Virus record (IMG/VR): IMGVR_UViG_3300031420_000490
DNA length: 64,000 bases
Source: a virus
Strand: one strand, 5' to 3'
The position numbers were made by a program, and so were the translations under genes. Positions 55,810-62,649 of this stretch are shown piece after piece; the first letter of the stretch is position 1, and every line of letters starts with the position of its first letter. The notes below the pieces were generated by a model. That model did not search any database, was not told the origin of the DNA, and saw only the letters and a program-made list of their open reading frames with translations.

Positions 55810-56100
55810 TCAGATCTCTTCCCGGGCCTCCGCGAGGTAGCTCAGCACGGCCTCATCCGCAGCGCGACCGGCAGCACGGGCATCGCTCGCTCTCACTCCC
55901 CAGCCGCTCTCCCGGCTCTTGGGAGCCTTCCGGATCCCCTCGGTGTAGACTCCCCACCAGTGGTTGTAGGCCCGGGTCAGCGTCTCATCGCTGAGATCCT
56001 CCGCCGCGAGGGCTCCTCGCAGCTTATCCGAGCTGTTGTTCTGCTTCGCCAGGGTCTGGGATCGCCAGGCCTTAGCCTCTACGATGATGTCTCGGGCCAT
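55810..56100 (-). CDS. hypothetical protein
   Basis: AGAGGG RBS before ATG 56100. Confidence 0.6.
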   Translation of the reverse strand: MARDIIVEAKAWRSQTLAKQNNSSDKLRGALAAEDLSDETLTRAYNHWWGVYTEGIRKAPKSRESGWGVRASDARAAGRAADEAVLSYLAEAREEI

Positions 56101-56258
56101 TGCTATGTTCCCTCTCCGGGGCTCCAGGAAGAAGCCACTCACAGTCGATGGTACACGGATCTGCCTGGGGATTCAATGCTCTGACTCGCTGAAGCAGAGT
56201 CTACAGGTTGAGCTCATCTGCCAGTTGACAGGAGCTCCGGACCATGTAGGTTGGATCC

Positions 56259-56528
56259 ATGCACACCACCTCCACGGTTCACCACACCTCCCAGTCCCTG
56301 ATCTACCGCAGCACCCAGAAGGTCGGCAACTTCGCTGCCTACAGCTTCTGGGCGACCGTGCCCTTCCTCGTCGTCGGCTTCTTCGTCGTGCTCTTCACCT
56401 TCGACGGTCCCGCGGGTGAGGTCATCGGCTACATCTATGCTTCCATCGGAGCGGCTGCCCTGCTCTCCATCGTCGTGATGTCGATCTCCATGGATCTCCT
56501 CAAGAAGATGCGCAGCTTCAACCCGTAG
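56259..56528 (+). CDS. 2-TM membrane protein, leaderless
   Basis: TTGACA-16-TAGGTT, 6 nt, ATG. Confidence 0.75.
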   Translation: MHTTSTVHHTSQSLIYRSTQKVGNFAAYSFWATVPFLVVGFFVVLFTFDGPAGEVIGYIYASIGAAALLSIVVMSISMDLLKKMRSFNP

Positions 56529-56532
56529 GCCC

Positions 56533-56793
56533 ATGGAGTTCCTCATCGGCGCGGGAATCGCGCTCTACAGCATCGGCATCCTCTTCGGAGTCCTCTTCTT
56601 TTGCCTCCACATCGGCCTCGAGCCCAGCAGGCTTCCCTTCGCCCTGCGCTTAGCGGTGGCGATCCTCGCAGCGCTCCTCTGGCCCCTGGGCTTCGGCCTC
56701 TACAGGCCCTTCATGGGCTGGAAGCAGAGGCGGGACCGGAGCAGCTTCGAGGCAGAGCAGGATCGTTGGGAGGCCGACCGCTCCGTCGGCTGA
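56533..56793 (+). CDS. 2-TM membrane protein
   Basis: Hydrophobic helices. Confidence 0.65.
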   Translation: MEFLIGAGIALYSIGILFGVLFFCLHIGLEPSRLPFALRLAVAILAALLWPLGFGLYRPFMGWKQRRDRSSFEAEQDRWEADRSVG

Positions 56794-57209
56794 GGAGGCG
56801 TACCTCGTAGCTCAGCACCTCGATCTCCAATCGCGCACCGGAGCGCAGGCAGGAGGACCAATCAGGAGGCAGTAGGATCAGAACTGAGCGCCGAATACCC
56901 CGAAGACCCACAACGATTCGTCCGAAGGATCAGCCTCCCGCAGGCTGTCAGCTACTGTCTTCATCGATCCCAGAGGAACTTCCCGGCAAGATCGAGGTCC
57001 GGTCCCGAGAGCACTCGACTCGCCTCGGAGGGCTGTGAAGCTCCAGCCGGAGCCGTTCCGATCTGAGAGTCTAAGCCTCTGAATGGTCTGACTCCTACCT
57101 ACGGTTTACATCTGTAGTAAGGAGTCTAGAGTGTACTACTCTAGAGATCTGCTCCCCTAGCTTACCTGTACAAGTGCTATGATCTATGCTGTGTGTGTTT
57201 TTCGAGCTC

Positions 57210-57312
57210 GTCGCTACTTCTGAAACTCCGGGCTATAGCTACGATCTCCAGCTGATCATCAGATATTTCGGTGAGATTGGTCGCTACTTCTTAGGCTGTT
57301 GGTCGCTACTTC
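57210..57312. repeat. three copies of GTCGCTACTTC
   Basis: At 57210, 57280 and 57302, in a ~600-bp non-coding stretch. Confidence 0.75.
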
Positions 57313-57398
57313 CCCCACCGTGAGTGTCGCCGAGCCTAGAGCCGCGACAGGTCCGTGATAGTAGGCCGAGAGCGAGGCAGCTACAGAGGGGAAACACC

Positions 57399-57821
57399 GT
57401 GAGTCTCACCAAGATCGTGGCAATCACCGTGGGAGTGCTTGTGCTCCTGGGCTTGGGCTTCTCTATGGTGATGGCATCCCAGGGAAAGCCCACCATCTGG
57501 GGGCTCATCGGCGCCCCGAAGATCGCCAATACCGACAAGCTCATGGGTGCCGCCGATGAGGCCAACTACCCCTGGAAGGTCTACACCAACGACAAGACCC
57601 TGGGGCTCCTTCCCTGCGGTGACCTGACCCCAGACCAGCCCGGGGATGAGGAGCTCGGCGAGTGGTGTTCCTCCAAGGGCGAGGCCAAGCTCACTCGCAC
57701 CAACGACTCCAGCGTGCTCAATTTCAACGGCACCGCCTTCCACTACAGCTGCAAGCCCGGGAGCTCCCTGCCCGGTGCGCTCATGGAGTGCAGTCTCGAT
57801 CCCTGGGGTAGCCTCTTCTAA
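57399..57821 (+). CDS. membrane-anchored secreted protein with four Cys
   Basis: N-terminal TM helix; AGAGGGG RBS, GTG start. Confidence 0.7.
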   Translation: MSLTKIVAITVGVLVLLGLGFSMVMASQGKPTIWGLIGAPKIANTDKLMGAADEANYPWKVYTNDKTLGLLPCGDLTPDQPGDEELGEWCSSKGEAKLTRTNDSSVLNFNGTAFHYSCKPGSSLPGALMECSLDPWGSLF

Positions 57822-57896
57822 GCCATCCGAGAACTGAGAGCAGCGAGTTTCGAGGATCGGTTGCGCTGAGTAGCAAGCCCGTGTAGGTTCTCTTCC

Positions 57897-58403
57897 ATGA
57901 CCACCACCTCCGATGTCTGGCCGCCCGCTCATCTTCCCGCTGAGCTCCAGGCCATCGCCACCGCCGCTGACATCATCCGCCAGGAGACCGATCTCCAGTG
58001 GAACGGTGGAGCCGGCGTCTGCCTCGGCGTGAGCGCCTACCTGAGCTACCTCCTCGAGGACCTGGCCATCGACCACAGGCTCGCCAACGGGATCTACACG
58101 GACGAAGAGGGTGAGCACCCCCACTGGTGGATCGAGACGAGCTCCGGCTGGATCCTCGATGCATCTCGCGGCCAGTTCGACCACGGTGATGAGTACCGCT
58201 CCGGGATCGTGGGCCGCTTCGACCGGGCCTACAGCCTGCGGGCGTCCTGGGAGCCGGGTCACACCACCATGGAGCTCGTCGAGGCTGAGATCCTGCGCTG
58301 CTTCGGCGATGCAGGTGAGGCCTACGACTACCTCGACCTCTGCGAGGACACCTGGGCCCAGGTCGAGGACATGGTCCGCCGGGGCATCGTTTCCGTCGGC
58401 TAA
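57897..58403 (+). CDS. transglutaminase/papain-like fold protein, leaderless
   Basis: Candidate triad in GVCLGVS, PHWW and ILDAS; TTGCGC-17-TAGGTT. Confidence 0.55.
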   Translation: MTTTSDVWPPAHLPAELQAIATAADIIRQETDLQWNGGAGVCLGVSAYLSYLLEDLAIDHRLANGIYTDEEGEHPHWWIETSSGWILDASRGQFDHGDEYRSGIVGRFDRAYSLRASWEPGHTTMELVEAEILRCFGDAGEAYDYLDLCEDTWAQVEDMVRRGIVSVG

Positions 58404-58467
58404 GGAAAATCAGAACTCCAAGGCCGAAGCTGTTGACAGCCTGCGGTGTCCATGTAGGATGGGAACC

Positions 58468-58860
58468 ATGAACGCCATCATCACTGCCCCGGTCCTCGAC
58501 TTCTCCGAGCTCAAGCTCGAGGCGAAGCTCGTCTCCCGGGACTTCTCGGGGCTCAAGGGCTTCAACATCCACGACTTCCACCAGGAGACGAACCTCCGCA
58601 CGGTGACCGGCTGGGAGCTCACGCTCCAGGACGAGAGCATCGAGGAGGATGGCTCGGACATGTTCCTGCGCTTCGCCCTGACGGTGGAGTTCACCCGCGG
58701 TTCGGCCGGCATCTGGGACACCAGCGCGGTGCTCTGGATCAGCCAGAGCGAGGGTTTCGTGGAGCTCGGGGAGATCCCCGGCGACGAGGGCATGGCCTAT
58801 CGGATGGATCCCAAGGACTTCGAGTCGCTCTTCCGCAAGCTCAACATCAGTCAACACTGA
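58468..58860 (+). CDS. hypothetical protein, leaderless
   Basis: TTGACA-16-TAGGAT, 7 nt, ATG. Confidence 0.75.
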   Translation: MNAIITAPVLDFSELKLEAKLVSRDFSGLKGFNIHDFHQETNLRTVTGWELTLQDESIEEDGSDMFLRFALTVEFTRGSAGIWDTSAVLWISQSEGFVELGEIPGDEGMAYRMDPKDFESLFRKLNISQH

Positions 58861-58874
58861 AAGGCAGTAGAACC

Positions 58875-59234
58875 ATGGATCCCACCACCATCGCTCGCGC
58901 TCGAGCTCGAGTTGCGCTGGCTGAGCTCACCGGCACCACCGATCTGCCGGAGCGCGTTCGCAAGCTCGCCAGCTCTCCCCACACGCCCGCTCCAGATGCT
59001 CTCAAGATCGTGGAAGGTGTCCTCGCTGAGCCTGAGAACTCGCTCCACGGCTATCTCGCCGACGCCTTCACGGTGCTCGCCGAGGAGCTCACCGAGGCTC
59101 GCCGCAACCAGACCCGGATCATGGAGCTCATCGCTGACTCGGGCAACTGGGACAACCCCACCGATGCTCTGGAGCACATCGGAGACACCATCAACTCGGA
59201 GCAGTACCCCGTCTGGGAGCGCTACGAGGGCTGA
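58875..59234 (+). CDS. hypothetical protein
   Basis: Operon position. Confidence 0.7.
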   Translation: MDPTTIARARARVALAELTGTTDLPERVRKLASSPHTPAPDALKIVEGVLAEPENSLHGYLADAFTVLAEELTEARRNQTRIMELIADSGNWDNPTDALEHIGDTINSEQYPVWERYEG

Positions 59235-59283
59235 TAGCAGCCTGTAGACAGCCCTTCCCTCATTTCCCTAAGGAGAACTCACC

Positions 59284-59646
59284 ATGAAGGACTTCGATCT
59301 TGAGAAGATCCTCAAGGACCCGTCGAAGATCGAGCTCGATCCCACGAGCCCGCTGACCTGGGCGCTCGGCGCGGCAGCACTCCTCGCGCTGATCCTTCTC
59401 GCCACCATCCTCTTCTTCCTGATCCGAGCCATCAGGAGAAGCCTCGAGGCCCGGGGCCAGCGAAAGGCCGCAGAGCGCGCCGGAGCCCGCAGCCTCGCCC
59501 GTCGCAGCGAGCTTCCCGTCGAGGGCGAATCAACAGCTGTTCGCACTCCCCTGGCCGATCCCGACGAGCCCAAGACCTGGCCCCTGGAGCCCTTCGGAGC
59601 TCCTTCAGTGGAGGATGCCGGCGATGGAGAGCTTGCTCGAGCGTAG
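59284..59646 (+). CDS. single-pass membrane protein
   Basis: AAGGAG RBS; TM helix then basic/disordered tail. Confidence 0.7.
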   Translation: MKDFDLEKILKDPSKIELDPTSPLTWALGAAALLALILLATILFFLIRAIRRSLEARGQRKAAERAGARSLARRSELPVEGESTAVRTPLADPDEPKTWPLEPFGAPSVEDAGDGELARA

Positions 59647-59694
59647 CTGCGTCGTTAGAGCAGATGTTCCACTCGAGGGAGAGGTAGGAAGACC

Positions 59695-59862
59695 ATGGAG
59701 CCCTGGGAGATAGTCAATCTCGTCGTTCTGCTGATCATCGTCGGAGCTGTGATACTGTGGTGGTGCAGGGAAGCTGCAGCACGCAGGGTCCAGGAGGCCC
59801 ACGGTGCAGGTTCTTCGGCAGAGTCCGGTGGACTTTCGGCGGGGCGACACGCCGACGAGTAG
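59695..59862 (+). CDS. 55-aa single-pass membrane protein
   Basis: AGGAAG RBS; MEPWEIVNLVVLLIIVG...; not in the ORF track. Confidence 0.6.
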   Translation: MEPWEIVNLVVLLIIVGAVILWWCREAAARRVQEAHGAGSSAESGGLSAGRHADE

Positions 59863-59930
59863 CCGAAATCATCCGAAGGACAGCCAAATCGATAGGTTTC
59901 CCGACGAAACCACTGTCTTAAGGAGACACC

Positions 59931-60176
59931 TTGGAACCCTCTCAGATCATCATCGTAGCCATCTGCGCCATCGTCGCAGTGGGTGGAATCATCATCCTCA
60001 TCAAGAGGAACTACAAGCCCAAGAACAAGGGCGTGGCCGCTCCTCGCAGGGCAGCTACTCCCGTGGCCGGTCCTCGCAACCCGGCAGCAGGCAGTGGTAC
60101 CGGACCCGCCCGTCGGAGCTACGGCGCCGGCAGCACCGACACCCAGCCCACCCGTCGCCAGCGCGGCGACAGCTGA
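59931..60176 (+). CDS. single-pass membrane protein
   Basis: AAGGAG RBS, TTG start; TM helix and basic tail. Confidence 0.7.
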   Translation: MEPSQIIIVAICAIVAVGGIIILIKRNYKPKNKGVAAPRRAATPVAGPRNPAAGSGTGPARRSYGAGSTDTQPTRRQRGDS

Positions 60177-60332
60177 GAGCTCCGGAGGCTGACATCCTCA
60201 GCCCCGGGCTCCACCGTGTCCCACGGATACTCACAGATTCCCCAAGGAGCTGTGAGCAGGGCAGCTAGGGACTATCCGACCCGGTCTATCCCCATCTTGT
60301 CGCATAGATGAGGACAGGCCTCCGGTAACACA

Positions 60333-60367
60333 GGGCGGCGGCGAACCTTCTGGTTCGCCGCCGCTTT
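60333..60367. terminator. terminator of the converging minus-strand genes
   Basis: GCGGCGGCGAACC/GGTTCGCCGCCGC. Confidence 0.65.
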
Positions 60368-60389
60368 GCTGTGTCCTGGGAATCGGGGA

Positions 60390-60701
60390 TTAGATGGTAC
60401 CCACGCGCTCGCCGCCCATGAGGCCGGAGCCCCGGAAGACCACAGCATGGAAGTCCTCCACATCCGGACCCTGCACATCCTCGTCCGAGGGGAGCTCGAT
60501 GCGGCCCACGATCATGGAGGAGTCGCTCGAAGCGTCGCCGCGGAGGAAGTAGACGGCCTTGGTGCCGAAGACCTTCACCGTAGCGCCCACCACGCCCGGA
60601 CCGAACTCGGTCACATTGCTGTAGCTGATGGGCCCCTCGGCGAAGCGCTTGAGGTCGGCCAGGGTGTTGGACGACTTGAAGGGCGCGAGGATGTCGCTCA
60701 T
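60390..60701 (-). CDS. hypothetical protein (paralogue of 60834)
   Basis: L.DL...AEG.I...Y.LRG......GRIELP; GGAG RBS. Confidence 0.75.
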   Translation of the reverse strand: MSDILAPFKSSNTLADLKRFAEGPISYSNVTEFGPGVVGATVKVFGTKAVYFLRGDASSDSSMIVGRIELPSDEDVQGPDVEDFHAVVFRGSGLMGGERVGTI

Positions 60702-60833
60702 GGGAGTGCTCCGAGTGGTGTTCGATGTGGTGTAGTTCAATCATACACCATGAGCTGACCTCAGCGCACTTTCTTCCACGGCGAAAAGGCCACGGACCCA
60801 CTGTCCGCAGCCTGATCGCAGTTTCCTAGGAGC

Positions 60834-61154
60834 TTAGCCGATGATCTCCAGCATCTTGGCGTCCATGGACTCGCTCACGGCGCCGAGGAAGTAGCCACCC
60901 TTGAGTCCGCTACCCCGGTAGCCCAGCGCCGGGCCCTCGTCGCCTCGGGTGAGCAGGGGGAGTTCGATGCGGCCGATGACCTCGGAGTCCTCGTTGGCCT
61001 GCTCACCGCGGAGGAGGTAGATCGTGGTGATCCCGAGGAACTTCATGGTCACCGAGAAGATGCCCTCGGGGAGCCGGGGCTCGTCGCCGAAGAAGATGTC
61101 ACCCTCGGCGTGCTTGTGGAGGTCGCTGAGACTGAGGTCATTGAGCTTGTTCAT
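60834..61154 (-). CDS. hypothetical protein (paralogue of 60390), leaderless
   Basis: - strand TTGCGG-17-TAGGTT, 6 nt, ATG. Confidence 0.8.
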   Translation of the reverse strand: MNKLNDLSLSDLHKHAEGDIFFGDEPRLPEGIFSVTMKFLGITTIYLLRGEQANEDSEVIGRIELPLLTRGDEGPALGYRGSGLKGGYFLGAVSESMDAKMLEIIG

Positions 61155-61246
61155 GGTTCGAACCTACACTGCGTTTGTAGAAACCGCAACCGTGCAATGT
61201 TAGGATTGATCTAGACCACTGAGAACAGAAGAGGATTTCGTTACAG

Positions 61247-61699
61247 ATGACCGAAGAGCTTTCCCGAGTTGAGCAGCGTAGGAAGCGCAAGCGCAAGCTG
61301 TTCTGGGGCCGTATTCAAGCCGTACTCATCATCCTGTTGGTCATCGTCCTTCCCACGGTTTTCTTCGGCATTCTCCCCTGGGTCAGTGGGATCTATGACA
61401 GGAGCCACCATCACACCATCGAGTGCGAGGTAGAGAAGGTATACTGGGAGTCCACATCTACTCGTTCAGCTAAGGGAATCGGCGCATCGGGTCGACAGAT
61501 CGTCTTCGATACTAAGGACTGCCGGGGTCACATCCTTCTCACCGAAGGAGTCTACTCGGACAATGTGAAAGAGCTCGCCAAGTCCCTGAAGCCCGGTCGC
61601 TATCGATTCACCGTGGGTGATGCTGAGTGGGCGATTGCTCCCTACTACAAGATTCTCAAGGTTGCGCCCACAGCTCAGAAGTACAAGTACCTAGGATAG
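61247..61699 (+). CDS. membrane-anchored protein (tandem paralogue of 61704)
   Basis: RRKRKRKLFWG, TM helix, I.C.V...YWE...SGKGIGAS.RQIVFDT.DC. Confidence 0.8.
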   Translation: MTEELSRVEQRRKRKRKLFWGRIQAVLIILLVIVLPTVFFGILPWVSGIYDRSHHHTIECEVEKVYWESTSTRSAKGIGASGRQIVFDTKDCRGHILLTEGVYSDNVKELAKSLKPGRYRFTVGDAEWAIAPYYKILKVAPTAQKYKYLG

Positions 61700-61703
61700 G
61701 CAG

Positions 61704-62174
61704 ATGGTGGAAGAGCTCTCCCGAAGCGAGCAGCGCAGGAAACGCAAGCGTAAGCTGTTCTGGGGCCGCGTTCAGGCGATCCTCGTTCTTTCGGCTGTGA
61801 TCCTATTACCGCTGATGGTCTTCGTAGTCGGTCCTCTTGGGATGGAGTCCTACGACAGCAATCACCAGCTCACGATCAAGTGCCATGTGAAAGATATCTA
61901 CTGGGAGCGTACCTCCACCCACTCCGGGAAGGGGATCGGAGCTTCCAGCCGACAGATCGTCTTCGACACCACCGATTGCAACGGCCACCTTCTCCTTCAG
62001 GATGGAGTCTACTGGGACAATGTGGAAGAGCTCACCGACTCGCTGAAGACAGATCGGAACTATGAGTTCCGAGTCGGAAGGATCGAGTGGAAGCTCGCGG
62101 GTACCCCGATCTACACCTGGACGAAGCTTTCCCCCGAGGCGAAGAGCTATAGGTTCCTCCCGAGCACCGATTAG
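61704..62174 (+). CDS. membrane-anchored protein (tandem paralogue of 61247)
   Basis: Same shared motifs as 61247. Confidence 0.8.
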   Translation: MVEELSRSEQRRKRKRKLFWGRVQAILVLSAVILLPLMVFVVGPLGMESYDSNHQLTIKCHVKDIYWERTSTHSGKGIGASSRQIVFDTTDCNGHLLLQDGVYWDNVEELTDSLKTDRNYEFRVGRIEWKLAGTPIYTWTKLSPEAKSYRFLPSTD

Positions 62175-62259
62175 GAGATCTCTAGCTTTATCACTGGCTG
62201 CGACACGCCGAAGCGACAGCACGGTTGCGCAGAGCTGAGCGGTTGTGATAGAGTGTTCT

Positions 62260-62321
62260 TGCAGGCACCTTGAGGTGGCTACTTTTATATGGAAAATGCA
62301 CGCCGTCTCGCCTTTCCTGCA
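62260..62321 (+). ncRNA. stand-alone structured small RNA, copy 1
   Basis: TTGCGC-18-TAGAGT promoter directly upstream; outer and inner stems; terminator downstream. Confidence 0.7.
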
Positions 62322-62328
62322 CCTGAAC

Positions 62329-62369
62329 GCCCCGGACTCACGAGTATCGAGTCCGGGGCTTCTCCTTTT
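62329..62369 (+). terminator. intrinsic terminator after RNA copy 1
   Basis: GCCCCGGACTC/GAGTCCGGGGC followed by TTCTCCTTTT. Confidence 0.75.
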
Positions 62370-62422
62370 GTGCGATCAGCTAAGGCTGAGGTAGTTCGCC
62401 AGCTCCGTAGGGACAGTAGTTC

Positions 62423-62499
62423 ATCAACCCAGGAGGGTTGATTCCACCGAAATCAACCCAGGATGGTTGATAGTGCGAGATCAACGCTCTAGCATTGAT
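62423..62499. repeat. three 20-bp palindromic boxes ATCAAC-N8-RTTGAT
   Basis: Starts at 62423, 62452 and 62480. Confidence 0.8.
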
Positions 62500-62559
62500 T
62501 CCGCCCAAGATGGCGCTGCCCGTTGACAGCTGCCAGCACCCTGTGATAGGATCGATGCT

Positions 62560-62620
62560 GTCAGGCTCCTTGAGGTGGCTACTCACTATTACTGAATCCC
62601 GCCGTCTCGCCTTTCCTGAC
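62560..62620 (+). ncRNA. structured RNA copy 2, in the 5' UTR of ORF 62650
   Basis: TTGACA-18-TAGGAT promoter; same inner stem and internal loop as copy 1, compensatory outer stem. Confidence 0.7.
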
Positions 62621-62649
62621 CTTAGCTTTTCACCCGAAGGAAACACCAC

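Noticed and set aside
56711-57060. Possible minus-strand gene in the 56.8-57.1 kb gap
   Set aside because: Only short interrupted frames without an RBS; at most a decayed remnant.
1632-57341. Recurrent intergenic GCCTAGAG
   Set aside because: No fixed spacing to -10 elements or start codons; may reflect frequent TAG stops.
62423-62499. CRISPR mini-array interpretation of the palindromic boxes
   Set aside because: Spacers are only 8-9 nt, repeats are 20 nt, and there are no cas genes.
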